From contig NC_081366.1 of the NCBI RefSeq assembly GCF_030684315.1, forward strand, positions 38,230,078 to 38,294,077: a DNA stretch of 64,000 nucleotides, read 5' to 3'. The notes beneath the pieces are model-generated. The model searched no databases. It was not told where the DNA came from and worked only from the letters and a program-made list of their open reading frames with translations. Position numbers and translations under genes: made by a program. Source of the DNA: Stegostoma tigrinum. Its lineage: Eukaryota. Below, in pieces: positions 10,556 to 24,253 of the stretch (positions within the stretch are counted from its first letter, which is position 1; every line of letters starts with the position of its first letter).

Positions 10556-12313
10556 TGTTGGATTGCATCAAAATCTTCAATGCTACAGCACAAGTGTAAC
10601 ATCAAGACAAAGATCGTGCAACCTACCATTACTGTTGTTCTATCCCACAGGCAGAACATCACCAATCATGGATAAACAACTGTTCTTTTTATTTCTAACA
10701 TACATGTAAATGTTGTTTATGTATATTCAGCAGAAAACAGCAATTAGAACGCAAATGGCACACTGTGATACATATCCAGAACAATGATATTATATTTCCT
10801 CATTAATCTGATATAGTATAATGTATCAATCCAATCTTACTTGGAAAACAATGTGCAACCCTGGTCACCACACAAAATAAATTGAAGGATGAAGAGAAAA
10901 TCAACAACAAAAAAACCTTCAGTGAGAAAATGATAAGGAAAATGAAGGTTTTAAATGATAGCTTTTAGTGACATAGTTATTGAGAGATATAAAATATTGA
11001 GTTTCAAAAATAGGGCAAATTTTATTCATGGTATCATCACAACCAAGCCCAATCCTCTGCACATTTTCAGCTGGATAACGATTTAGAGTGAAATGTTAAC
11101 CAAACAGTCACCTTTAAAAACCAGAGAACTACCTCAGACTGAAATTACTTTGAAGGAGAGTAATTAACAATTAAACCCAAGATATTTCAAGGCAATATTG
11201 TTCAGACAACTCCTGTCTCAATCATTTGAGGCGTAGTAAGCCATAAAACTGAATCCTGTAGTTTCTCATCATTCTACCACATTAGATTCAAGCGTGCACA
11301 AATAATTTTTACATGCTCGACAACAATTAGTTATGCTGGTATTACAGAATGACATTATGCCTAAACCCAAAAGTTTATATATTTCCTGTTTACAGTATAG
11401 TGTAGGACAAAATACCTTCTCAAATCCAAGTTATAAAACAAGTCAACCTTCTGTTTCGTAACAATAAACTTGGGTATCATGCCAGGTTTGACTGCTGTTA
11501 TATATAAACATAAACCTATAAATATGTAATTATATCATAAGTTACATAAAAATGTTAGAATCTGCTCTAAGGTGACCCAACTGAGTATATTCCCAACTAG
11601 GTCATTTATTGGACAGTGGTAGATATCAGGCTACAGCTGATAAAATCAGCCATCTCTATGGCAGAACCAGCTGAGTTTTTTGTATCCTTCAGCGTTGTGA
11701 CAGCATGTCAGCCAGAAAGATGTTAAATAGTGCAAATTATGCAACCTCATAAAAAAAGACGAAACTACCCCAGTGTGAAGTAGCACAATGGAATGATGTC
11801 AGTTGGAGTACCAAAAACACGGTAGCAATGCATTGTTTCATATCAATAAATTAGCAGTAAACACTAGTCCTACCAAATTATCTCAGTTCAGTTCAGCTAC
11901 AGAATTCACGTTAATAATTTCCTAATTACCAAATTCTTTTTTAATATTTTATTAGCGAAATGCCAAGTGCTAAGCTCATGACGACAACCCAGCCCACCTC
12001 CCCATAACCTCCAATAGGGAGGGAAGTATTTTAAGTCTTCAGGATCACATGAGAAAGATATCAAGAGCTGACAGTGTGTATTAAACCACACGTTAAAATA
12101 TGTAATTTGCTGTTGGAAAAGAACAAACAAAAAAAAGTCAGCAAAGTGAAATAAAAATAATCTCAACCTTCTGAGTAATTAAAGCTGCCCGAACTGCGTT
12201 GGCTGGGAATAACTCGCTTCACTGTCCTTGTGGTACGTGTTAAAAGCTGCAAAGTGTCAAGAAATCTTTAGAGGGAAAGGTCTGCATTTGTGCACCTTGA
12301 AGAATTGACTTAC

Positions 12314-12466
12314 TTGCACAGGAAGCACACCTCCACAGATCGAGCATGGTCTGCATTCTGCATTTCTTTATGTGATGTTTGTGATTCCTAAGAAGGACAT
12401 ACATGACCTTTTCCTTGAGCACATTTTTCAGATTGCCAGTTGACATTTCACAGTTGACTATTATCT
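12314..12466 (-). CDS. SLC4 transporter, 3rd coding exon
   Basis: 153 nt, tttcag/gtaagt; (E)IIVNCEMSTGNLKNVLKEKVMYVLLRNHKHHIKKCRMQTMLDLWRCASCA, similar to NBCe1 [35 protein letters not shown]. Confidence 0.88.
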
Positions 12467-13043
12467 CTGAAATATTTAAAAGATAAAACTTGGCTCAGAA
12501 TTTGATGTGAAATAAATGTGCATAACAAGTACAAAAATTGTTTTATTTTCTCCTCCTAACTTGACTCCTGTAGCCTGATATTTATCAAGGTGTGATTCAG
12601 CACAGGTTAGCAGTCTGACAACTTATCCATTTAACTTTTCGCCACGTGGAAGCCAAGAAAGTTAGTATTCACAGGTTGGTCAGCATCACATCAGACCCTA
12701 TTGTTCTCTTATTCCATATTCTCATATGGCCCAAGTGGAATTTAAACCTTTCCCCCAAGGCAAGTTTGGAAAAGGAATGGAGCAGTAATTTACCCAAGGG
12801 AAGGCTGACGGGGAGTTGTTGTCTTCCCCAGTCTGCTTCAATTAAGGCCAAGTTAAGATAACTTTTTTTTATTTGACCTATTTTCCTAAACAACCTGTTC
12901 AGAGATGTTATTACACACGTCTGGAGCATATAGGATTTGAACCCAAGTCTCCAGCTCCAGAGTTAGGAACACTACCATTGCACCACAAAAGGGGCCCCTC
13001 AAAACACATCCTTACTTATACACTTCCCAGCCTAGATACACCA

Positions 13044-13098
13044 TGGATGCTCTGCCAGGGAATTGAACCCCAGTCTCCTGTACGACAGGCAGGGATAT
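13044..13098 (-). pseudogene. tRNA-Asp(GTC)-derived 3'-half fragment
   Basis: Reverse complement tatcccgcctgtcgtacaggagactggggttcaattccctggcagag aligns to the vertebrate tRNA-Asp anticodon and T arms; 5' half missing. Confidence 0.6.
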
Positions 13099-13119
13099 TG
13101 ATGGCCTTCCTGATTCACT

Positions 13120-13435
13120 GCTAATTGAGAGTTTAAGTATGTAATGGAGGGGGGCACAAATTTAAGATTATTGACCAAAGAAGCAAAAATAGCATGAGAA
13201 TAAACTTTTTAATGTAACGGGTGGTTAGGATCTGGAATGCACTGCCTGTGTGTATGCTCGAGGCACATTCAATTAAGGCGTTCAGACCAGACTTGAATAA
13301 TTATCTGAAGAGAAAATGTTCGCTGGGTTACAGGGAAAAGGCAGGGTAATGGAAGAGGTGAGTTGATCTTTCGAAGCACGAGGATGAACACAATTGGCTG
13401 AAGAGCCTCCTTCTGTGCTGTCACCATCCTGTTAT
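13120..13435 (+). mobile_element. CR1-like LINE 3' fragment
   Basis: gtggttaggatctggaatgcactgcct (WNALP) and terminal gcctccttctgtgctgt. Confidence 0.7.
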
Positions 13436-13789
13436 TCTTAGGCCCTCACATCACATTTTATTCTGATCACATCAAAACCATGAAATTTCACTTTCAATCA
13501 AAAATTAAGGAATACTGTTGTTCAATATAACTAACAACCTGATAATGAGTTGGTGGGTTGTGAGAATTTGCTGGCATTGCTGGCTATTAGACAGACATAT
13601 AGATGGTCTGGTCTATATCATTTTGCAAGCTCAGGGCGCTGAGGCCAATGATAGTATCCTAGCAATTTCCTCAGCTGAATCAGAGTGTCAGCTAAGAATC
13701 AAGCCTGAGATATTTTGGCTTGTATATCGTAATGTTTAATAGTTATTCATCAGACAATCATACAAGAAAAGTTTCCACGGCAAAATGAA

Positions 13790-15132
13790 GAGATAGTAAG
13801 AACTGCCAATGCTGGAGTCAGAGATAACACAGTGTGGAGCTAGAGGAATACAGCAGGCCAGGCAGCATCAGAGGAGCAGGAAAGTTGACATTTCAGGTCG
13901 GGACCCTTCTTCAGAAATGTGGAGAGGTAAGGGAGCTCAGAAATAAATAGATAGAGGACGGGTGGGATGGGGAGATAGGCGGGATGGTGATAGGTGAGTG
14001 GAGATAGAGAGTGGTGAGGGTTGGTCAGTGAGGTGGGGGGGACAGGTAGGTGGGAGAAAAGAGGGACAGGTTGTGTTAGGCCAAGGAGGTGAGGAAGAGT
14101 GGGAGGGTTAGACATGGGATGAGGCCGGGGGTGGGGAGATTTTGAAACTGGTGAAATCCACATTTAGGCCATCAGGCTGTAAGCTCCCAAGGTGGAATAT
14201 TGGGTGTTGCTCCTCCAGTTTGTGGGTTGTGTCTTTGTGCCACTGGAGGAGGCCCAGGATGGACATGTAACCCAGGGAGAGGGAGGGGGAGTTAAAATGG
14301 TTGGCGACCAGAAGGTGTTGTTGTTTGTCCTGAACAGAATGCAGATGCTCGACAAAATGGTCTCCGAGCCCCTGCTTGATCTCACCGATGTAGAAGACAC
14401 CACATCGGGAGCAGCAGATACAGTAGACCAAGTTGATGGATGTGCAGGTGAGCCCATGTCTGATGTGGAAGGTGTGTTTTGCGCCTTGGATGGAGGTGAG
14501 GGGGGGAGGTGTAGGGGCAGGTGCAGCACTTCCTGCGTTGCAGGGAAGGCGCAAGGGGTGGCGGGGTTAGTGGGGAGTGTGGAGTGGATGAGGGGATCAT
14601 GGAGAGGCTATGAAAGCTTTTGTACAACATCTGCACTCTGTTTGCGACAAACGACAACACCTTTAGGCCACAATCCATTTCGACTCCCCCTCCCACTCCA
14701 TAGGTGACATGTCCATCTTCAGCCTCCTCCAGTATCACAATGACACTACCTGCAAACTGGAGGAGCAGCATCTCATGTTCCACCTCAGGAGCCTACAGCT
14801 CGATGCCCTAAATGTGGATTTCACCAGTTTTAAAATCTCCCCACTCCTAGCCTCATCCCATGACCAACCCGGCTTCTCATCCCCCCTTCTTTGACCTGAC
14901 ACAATCCGCCCCTCCCACCACACTGACCAATCCCCACCACTCCCTACCTGCACTCAACTATCACCATCCTACCTACCGTCCCCAGCCTGACCCCATCTCT
15001 TCCTATTTACTTCTGAGCTCCCTTGCCCTCCCACCATATCTGAAGAAGGGACCTGACCCAAAACATCAACTTTCCTGCTCCCTGATGCTGCCTGTCCTGC
15101 TGTGTTCCTCCTGCTCCACACTGTGTTATCTC
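13790..15132. mobile_element. older inverted pair of PLE 3' fragments (minus arm 13790-14607, plus arm 14608-15132)
   Basis: Both arms carry degenerate GIY-YIG sequence (LVYCICCSRCGVFYIGE; MSIFSLLQYHND) and degenerate hammerhead motifs at about 13886-13914 and 15040-15068. Confidence 0.9.
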
Positions 15133-15255
15133 ATTAAGATAACCTTGCATTTTAAACTTATAAAAGTTAAATTTCATTGAAGTGTTTCCTGCGCTATCTT
15201 GATTTGTGTCAATCTAATGTAATCATTAGTTGCTTAACTACTTATTCATAATTAC

Positions 15256-15416
15256 CTAATATTTCTTTAAAATTGTTTGCTTCTAAATCAAACAGAAGTG
15301 TTCCCCTTTCAATGCAGGTACGTAGCTCAAATAAACTGTGTAAGGGCAATGTGGTCACATGAGGTTTGCTCCATCTTTCAGCTCTTTCTTCAATTTTTTC
15401 TTCAAACTTTATCCAC
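15256..15416 (-). CDS. SLC4 transporter, 2nd coding exon
   Basis: 161 nt, tcctag/gtaatt; (R)[53 protein letters not shown], containing the SLC4 ETARWIKFEE and WSKPHV motifs. Confidence 0.95.
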
Positions 15417-18214
15417 CTAGGAATGAATCACAGAATGGGAATTAGAAAACTGTGCAATTCAAGGACTATATTTTAGCTCAATAAATTATACATAACACAC
15501 AAATTATAATGAACTGCCACTTATATAGTATCATTATCTTACAGCCATTCTAAGACAATTCAGAAGCGGGAAAATGTGCAATGGGCCAAAGAAAAAGCTA
15601 TTATGAAGATATCAAAAGCTATGTCAAGGAAATGGGTCTTAAGGAAATGTTTGAAGGAGGGGAGGAAATTAGTTTAAAGAAGGAATGCCAAAGTCTGGCA
15701 TCAAGTCAACTGAAAGCATGACCACTAATGGTGGATTGAGAAGCATGACCAATTTGTGGGGGATGTTTATTTTTTAAATTTGATCTTGAAACATGGGCAT
15801 CACTGGCTCATTATTGCCCACCCCTAATTGGCCTGGAAAGGTGGTAATGAATTGTGTTCTTTTATTGCTGCAGCCCCGAGGTGTCAATGCAACCACAGTG
15901 CTGTTGCGAAGAATATTCCTATAATTTTGACCCAGTGACAGTAGAAGAATGACGCTATAGTTCTGAAATTGAATGTGTGCAAGAGGGAAACCTGGTTCAT
16001 GAGACAGAGAATTCCAAATTTTAGCAAAATTTAAATATGACAAATTTTGGATTTGAGGTACAATAGCTTTAGGATGCACTGATAGCCATGAAATTATTTG
16101 AACAATGAAACTTGGATGTGACATGACTGTAAGGGAAGTGTTTCAGAAGGAAGTGGGCTAAAATAGGAGCAGAAGTGAATAATTTTACATGCAGTCCTTA
16201 TAATGTGGAGGATATGGATTGGAAGCTCAGCCTGAGATGGAACAACATAAAGGATATGCTCTTCTGGTTTAGATTGTCACTGACTGAGAAGGGATATGGA
16301 GTGGGTGGCAGGGATAAGTATTTAAATTGGGAACAATCGATGATTGCTTGATAGTTCCTAATACTTAGCTGGATGAGGCTAAGGCTCATTCAAAACAGAG
16401 AACATGAAATTTCTGGGAAAGGGGGGAGCTGGAGTTATAAAGGGGTGAGTTGGTGGTTGCAAAAGTTAGGGATGAAAAGGTACTAGGCTGGCTCTGTAAG
16501 ATGTTCGTGCTTCCTAGATAACAAGGTGTAGAGCTGGATGAACACAGCAGGCCAAGCAGCATCTTCGGAGCAGGAAAGCTGACATTTTGGACCTGCTTCC
16601 TTGTGCTTTTCCAGGAGATTTGACCTCAGCAATGCAATCTTCCAAGCATCACACAGCCCTGCTAGTGTGTCAGTGTCCTGGTAACTGTGAGGAGGAGTTG
16701 TACAGTGGAAGGTCTGAGATACAATACTTTAAGGATATGAAATATGCATGGGCCTGAAAAATAGGAGACTAGACACTGTGTTCATGGTACGGAGATTTCC
16801 TATTTCATCAGGATCTCATGGAGACTGATGTCTCAATCCAACAGTAGTGTCACTAATGTAGTGGCAGCCATTCCCCTAGTTATGATGTTGCCATCATCGA
16901 GTCTCTGCCAATCTGCACTGGTGAGGCAGCGAATACTGCTGGCTAAACCCATATGATTGGCAGATCAAACTCTCACCTCTGGAACCCATCCCAGCCCTAA
17001 TTAGGCACCAAATCTGAAGGTGACCTACTAACAGACTCCTTCCTGTTTGGTCCCCAAAGATAAATTTGATGCTTGAAAAATTTCCTAGACCAGTAGATCT
17101 GGCCTTAATGCCAGACAAAATGTAGTGGGTCAAGGAAGGTGGTGGTTCAGTAGAGGTATGGGATCCCCATACATGTTGAAGCCAATTTCATATTTAAAGA
17201 AGTTGTAAAATGGAGGGCACTTTGATAATCAAGACGAGGCAGCTGTTGTTATCCCCATGGAATTATTACAGCATAGAAGTCAGCCACCATGTCTGCGCTG
17301 GTCCTCCAATAGACTGTATGTTGCTCCCCCACCCTCTCCCTAGACCCTAACACCTTCATTATCTAAAGATACTTAGAGAAGTTATAAAATTTAACAGTAT
17401 AGAACGAATCAATGCTTGCCCAATGTATCTGCACGGCCAAGAAACAAATCACCCAGTCTAATCCCATTTTCCTATGTTTTATTGGGAGGGGGGTGGTTTC
17501 AGGTGCATATCCAGTTAGATCCTTTATTCGGTATCCTTAGGAATCAGTATTTGCCTTCAAAGAGAAGCTGTTGTTGGAAATTCTGATCTACGTCCAAAGT
17601 TAACAGCAGAATCATGTGGGTTTAGTAAGTGACAGGCATTGCACAACATCAAGATTAAAAAAGACACCTCTAGCAAGCACATGATACCATTTTTAAGAAG
17701 TTATGTAGAGTTTTCCATCTTTCTGCCATTCATTTTGAACTCCGAGAATTAAGTCCTATTTGATATGGATCTGGCACATTTCCAGCTCATTTTGAGCCCA
17801 ATTGGTACCTGGCAAATGGCAGCAGTATGGTTGAACTCCCAAGCCATTGGCTGAATCGTATTTTTTTGGCTAATTGTGAACTGCATTGATGTTTTTAAGA
17901 GGGATTCTCGCTCTAAGACATGGTGAGATTTCTCAGCATATCTATTGGAATGGTGAGGCTACCATAAAGGACTCCTTCTTAACTTCTCCATCACCTGAGG
18001 TGCAGTGACCCTTGAGTCAAACCACCACCAGCTGTCTCTTTCTCTCTAATAAGAGAGCAGCCCTATGGTGCAGTAGGACTATGGAGATTCTATTTATGGT
18101 GATAACCCTGACAATGCCCTAATTAATCTCCCTGTGGAGTTTGGTGAGTACGAGTTCCTTTCATAATAGACAGTGGTCTGTCACGCTTGAACATCTGAGC
18201 CAGAGTGACTCTTG

Positions 18215-18320
18215 TGGGCACTGTGGTAGTGTCTCTAACTCTGAGCCTGGTGACCTGGGTTCAAAACCGACCTGCTCCAGAGCTGTGTATTAACATCTCA
18301 GAACAGGTAGATTAGAAATT
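18215..18320 (+). repeat. short tRNA-like SINE family (other copies about 12895-12990 -, 33135-33245 -, 56700-56790 +)
   Basis: gtggtagtgtc...ctgggttcaa...cctgctccagag...aacatctcagaacaggt recurring at several loci. Confidence 0.6.
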
Positions 18321-21049
18321 ATCATAAAGCAGACCCAGGGATAGGTTTACAGAACTGCTTAACCCAGACTGGGGCTGGCCTATTTATACCGTGAGTTGTG
18401 GCTGTATTTAGGTGTTCAGCAATAAGTAATGTTCCTTTCTAGTCATGCTTCCTGACTGTTTAAAATTACTTATTATTCCCAGTTACATTCTTCTTCTGAA
18501 CTAATGAATGTCACCATGGATAATAGCAGCAGTATTTCAATTGGCCTCAATGCTCCAAAGTTAGATCTTGTACCAACAGCCAGCTAACTCTCATTGTTAA
18601 ATCACATACCCAAAGCCTCTTCTGACAGTACCTTCTAAACTTGCAGCCTCTACCACTTAGCAAAGGAGCAGCAGATGTACATGAGCATGCACACCTGCGA
18701 ATACTCCTTCACGGCACACAAAATCCTAACTAAGAAATATAAATGCTCTTTCATCGGGTTCGCTGTGTTAAAAAAACAAGAACACCCTCTATAACAGTAC
18801 TGTGGCTTTATCTGCAGCAGATAAACTGTAATCGTTCAAGTTAAGTCTCCACCACATTAACAGCAATTACAGACAGGCAATAAATGCAAGTGAATTAGTG
18901 TAGATGTCAAGTACGTTAGCAAAGAATCAACAGATTCAACATGCAGGGCAGTGCAAGGAGAAAATCATTTTTAAAAAAATTAAGATTTAATTGTGACGGT
19001 TTTGCCAATTTTACAGCAATTTATGTAGAAATTATAAAGAAACTGAACTTCCCATTTCACGCAAGTGTCTTATCCTGTATACTCCTGAATTCACTAATCC
19101 ATGCTGCAGTAAGTAATCCTTTAAAGAGCACTAAACAATCCTCCAGTATCTCAAACAACTAGCTCTTCTTCCTGTGGTCACCCTGGACAGAGTGCAGGAA
19201 GGCTATTCACAACAAAATATATTTATTAAGCACATCAGTTGACTTTATTCGAAAGGTGAATGTTTGGTAGCTCACATTTGACCTCAAAAAACTTAAGATT
19301 ATCTCATCAGCAGTTTATTGCTGTACATTCTTATTCAACAACATTTGTGACAGGTATTCCTTTCATTCAACAGGAATTGTATTGTTCTGAATACTGCAAA
19401 ATAACACAATTAAAATTGTATTAGATTTATAGTAATTTGCTCCTTTCTATTCTGAAAGTGTCATTCATACTGGGTGTGGTTCCATGAAAGACAGTTATTC
19501 ATTCATACTGCCTGAGCTCAATACTGAGCATTGGAGGCTTCTTTGGGCGCACAGGACATTGTAACTTATCCTGGTCATTTTCTAATTTGAAGTATAATGT
19601 GGTCATTTTCTATCAGGACCCAGTGGTTAGTGATTGACAGTAAGAACCCCAGCTATTGCTTTTCTTCTCAGATAAGGGCACAGGGCTTTTGGAACACACC
19701 GATGCTGCATTACTGAGGATTTAACTTACAATGAGAATGGTGCTTTAATTAAACGTCTATCATGATGCTTTTTGTATTTAAGTTGTTTCTGAATTATTTA
19801 CTGTTATAGTTGAAGTTCTAGTCAAGAAAATCAATGCATAATGAAAGGTCCTATAAGTAGTTGTGCCATTAAAGAATACTTCATTAAGCTCACTATTATG
19901 TATTTAGGAATAGCAGATTAAATGGATGGGGTTTCAATGAATCAGTGGGCAACAGCCAAAAAGCTGTTTCATTCCTGGTTCAGGGGGAGATAATAGCCAA
20001 GCTGTCAGTTGAAACACAACAGTTTGTTTAATACCAGTGAATGAGGGAGAGGAATTATCAATCAGGTGAGAATGGGATCAGTCTGTGAATGTAAATAACC
20101 AACAAACACGTGCTCCCAGGAGTCTAGGGAGAAATCATCCAGTGAAGGAAGCCTTGGAGGGTACCTCATCACCATGGAGCCACGCTATGAACAAAATCAG
20201 CAGCGCCGAAAATGTTTTGGAAATATCTCCAATGGAATCAGGTATCCACCATTCATAATAATTACACTTTAGTTCTCCATTAAAAAGTTAGAGGTTTAAT
20301 TTTATCCTAACATCATTTTTTCCCTGAGGAAAATACTGAAATTGAACAGAAATAGCATTAATAATCAAAGCGTTATAGCTTTCTGTGAGACATTTTAATT
20401 ATAAGATTACCTTATCTCCAAAGATCCTTTGAGTTCAAAATCTATTTATTTCTTATTTAAAGAATGTGGCATGCCCTTAATTTAGTTTAAGCTAATTAAG
20501 ATGTTATACTCATTCAGATGTGTGGGAGAGTTTTTAAGTATTAGAGCTGATTCAGTCCCTTGGCATTGGTTGAAATACAGATCACAAGCGATGTCCTGAA
20601 GGCTCAGCAAATTTAACTTCTGAACTAATGAGCCATTCAGGCCTTCTAGATTCCTGATTCTCTCCCATTTGATGCTAATTACTTAATTTTAGCTGTTACC
20701 ATGGTACTGTTTCTACAATTGATATACATACTTTTGTGATAGGCAAAGAAAAGTCAGGCAACATGGCAATTTCTCCTCATTGCAAATTGACAGGAGTGAG
20801 TTGAGAATAAGACTGAGCTCAGCTGTAAAGCACACAAGTAATGAATTTATTAAGATATCCAGATGGCTCAAACTGTTTTCACAATGTCGATGTGTATTTT
20901 CTCTGAAAATAGCTATTTATCACTTTCAATATTTTCAGTTATTTATTTACATAATTTATGAGTTTTTAACAAAATCTTGTTGCATATTTTTCCATTTTTT
21001 AAAAATGAACTCCAAACGTATGCAAAATAAATAAATAAACAATCCTTAC

Positions 21050-21327
21050 CTTGCTGTTTCCTTCCATTGCAATTGTTTCTTATTGTCAAAAAAAAGTTCA
21101 TCTAGTTCAGTGAAGAGTTGTGGGCTTTGGGGTTCATCCTCTTCACCCAACATCAAGCAGACTCTCTTGGTAGCAGGTGATAGATTTGCAGTAAATATGC
21201 CTCTATTTACTGCTTGCGAGACGATTAGAGAATTGCGATTCTGTAGTTCTGTTTTGCAGATACAATCATTACAGGCTTCATTTGCCCTATTATGCAGAAG
21301 CAGCTCTTTTGTCTCTTCAGGTGTCAT
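21050..21327 (-). CDS. SLC4 transporter, probable first coding exon with NBCe1-A-like N-terminus
   Basis: ATG at 21327 with an in-frame TGA two codons upstream; ends ...GIFTANLSPATKRVCLMLGEEDEPQSPQLFTELDELFFDNKKQLQWKETA(R) then gtaagg; the 3' half is clearly SLC4, the exact start codon is less certain. Confidence 0.85.
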
Positions 21328-23021
21328 TGCTCAAATAACAAAGTTCACACTTGAACTGAAATGACTTGCTCCTGCAACAAGTCCGAATTACAGCTGAAGT
21401 CTTGTACCTTAAATGCAGTGCCCTAATAATTCTCAGTGGCTTACAATATTATTGAATACAATTCTGACAACAGTGGAGCTTTACCAGTACATCACAGGAA
21501 AAAGCTTGTCCTGTCCAGACTGATGCAGGCTTTGTTACTAAATCATGATATACCACTGCAAAAACAACAGCTTCTCTTCCTGGACCTCTGAATTCTTCAA
21601 AACATCTAACAAATATATTCACAAGATATTCACATAATAAACCATGTCCTTTAATATTTATTTTTGTATAGCACATGGATATATTTTCAGAGATAATATT
21701 TGTAAAACAATATTTTCTGACAAAGCTGAGACCTTAGAATTTTGGTTGTATTTGTCAAGTTTGTTTAAACTAGCTTCCTTCCCAATTAAGATATAGGTAG
21801 ATACTGGGTTCTGTAGGTTTCTGTCAGGTCTTTCCTACAAAGTTTATTAACCAAGTGCACAATTACCACTGGCAAAGTACTTGACCACAAGGGAAAGCGA
21901 ATTAGGGTGCAGCTAACTCTGTCCCACTGTCTGACTCAGAAGTCCCTTAAAATGCATGTTCCAGAAGCACCACCAACCAGTGATTGAAAATGGAAATCTT
22001 CTCTTTGTTCTTTGCAAACACATGGTTTTTCCAATTGAGATCGCCACATGCATTTAACTGAACGTGAACTCTTTTAATCTGTATGGTTGAGTTCCAGACT
22101 AAGCAATTATGGAAATGGCCTATTACCAGTATAGGTATAAGCATAGTAAGCTCTTTGACACCTTTTTAAAATTTGTGTTGGTAGTCTAGGCTTATTTTGG
22201 TCTACACTTAATCTTCATTCTTAGAATTCATGCCTACTGATAATAAGAAACAGAGTCATTCTATAATTTGCACATTTGGGACAGTTAGTTTTATGGTCAT
22301 TAAAACATGTTATTCCTTCAATACCAAAGTGACATTGGCTAGAGTCCAATAAAAGGATTGCAGAGACTAGGTAACAGAGTTGTCTATGTCTGACAGAAAT
22401 TTCTACAAACAAGCAGCTATGTTTACACTGTAAAGAGTATAATGTATATAAAAACAAATTTCATCATACACTGTATTATTATGTAAACAACATTGTAACA
22501 TAGCACATTTTTTACAAAAACTTAAATAAGCGATGTCAGCAAACAAAATAATTTAGTAACTCACCTGATATTCTTTAATGTCACTTCTGATATGATGAAT
22601 CATATTTGGTTTGTTACCCAGCCATTCTCAAGTACAGAGCTGAAGTAATCATTATTCATGTCTGAGGCTAGAGTACGTTACTAAATTATTTAACACTGCA
22701 AGATATCAAATCCAATTTACAATCCGCCAGTATCTGCACTTCAGGGAATGCTGGCAAATCTTTTCTTCTCTCAGACCCATAGTTGGGTATATGAGTGAAG
22801 TAATGCCTCATGCCCCTGCTATGGCATCATCAACTTGGAAACCAATCTGAGAATTTCCTGAAAGTTACGTGTCATAATGTACATTTCCTTCTTCTATTAA
22901 CATGTATGTTCTATAATTTTTAAAAATATTTCGTTATCAAGTGTATTCTCTCTTCTACTGATAGAATAAACTCTTATGGATGCAATTAGACAATATGTTG
23001 CACAAACAGCCAATCTTCATA

Positions 23022-23158
23022 AAAACAACCCAAAGAACAGAGGATGCTGGAAATCAGAAGCAAAAACAGAAATTGCTTGAAAAATTCAGCAGATCTGGAC
23101 CTGAAACATTAATTTTGCTTTCTCTCCACAGATGCTACCAGACCTGCTGACATTTTCT
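23022..23158. mobile_element. miniature inverted PLE-tail element (family B) with 14-bp TSD
   Basis: agccaatcttcata at 23008-23021 and 23159-23172; arms tcagcagatctgg / ccagacctgctga face outward. Confidence 0.75.
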
Positions 23159-23234
23159 AGCCAATCTTCATACCTGAGTTTCGGCACTCAGGAGTTGATA
23201 ATGCCTGTGTAAAATTTGCTGACCGCCAAATTTG

Positions 23235-23600
23235 TTTTTTTCATTCATAGGATATGGGTGTAGTAATCTGGGCCAGCATTTATTGCCCTTCCCTAATTGC
23301 CCCTTACGCATGTTAGGACCACTTCAGAGGTAGTAATGAACCAACTATATAGTTGTGGGTCTGCAATCACATATAGACCAGTCCAAGTAAGGAAATAGAT
23401 TTCCTTCCCTAAAGGATTTCAGTGAACCTGATAGATTTTTACAACCATCAACAGTGGTTGCGTTGTTAAAATTAGGCTAGCTTTCAATTCCAGATTTTTA
23501 TTCTGAATTCAGATTTCATCATGGTGTGATTTAGACCCATGTGCATGGAGCATTAGCACTAGCACTAGTCCAATAACATTTGCACTACACCAGTGTATCT
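23235..23600 (-). mobile_element. tRNA-derived SINE with L2-type tail
   Basis: ggccagcatttattgccc...cctaattgccc antisense tail; same family as 63590-63930. Confidence 0.7.
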
Positions 23601-24253
23601 CCAATCTGACCATTTCAAGTTCTACAATTATACTTACATATCTTGCTCAAATTTTGAAATTGATCCCTGCACACCAAAATCTACCTATTAATATATATTA
23701 GAAAAAGCAAGGGTCTGATACTGGCTTCACAGTAGGGTTAAACTGATCCCTGGAAAACTCCACAACAATCTTGCTCCAGCCCAAAAAATAGCCATTAACC
23801 ATTACTCTGTTTTCTGTAAATGAAATGAATTCAGTCTATTTATGTCATGTTCAGGTGCTTCAGGCATATCTTTCAAAGATGATCACATAATGATTAAGAA
23901 TGAACATTTGGTTTGCTTTATCCCTTTACAATAACTGCACCAAGTTTAATTGTAGCACCTTCACTGTTACCCTCTCTGAGATCAGTAAATGTATTATAGG
24001 CATGATTGTACAGGAACAATTCTAATTGCATGGCTGAAAAGCAATTCACTAAGTATTTGACCTACCTTTAATTAGCTTTATGACTTTTTTTGATTTGCTT
24101 TAATAATTTTACTTTTGAGATATATGTATCATTTTCATTGTTAAAGATTATGCTTAGCCATAATAATGAGAAATCATTTTTAAAATGTATGTTTCTGGTT
24201 GTGCAGGGAGCACCAGAGTCACAAAAGTAGGAACCAGTGAAGTACTGTTTACT

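Noticed and set aside
22565-22858. Possible upstream SLC4 coding exon (cag...CAG|gtgagt on minus strand)
   Set aside because: Stops in all three frames and no NBCe1-B similarity; at most a 5' UTR exon
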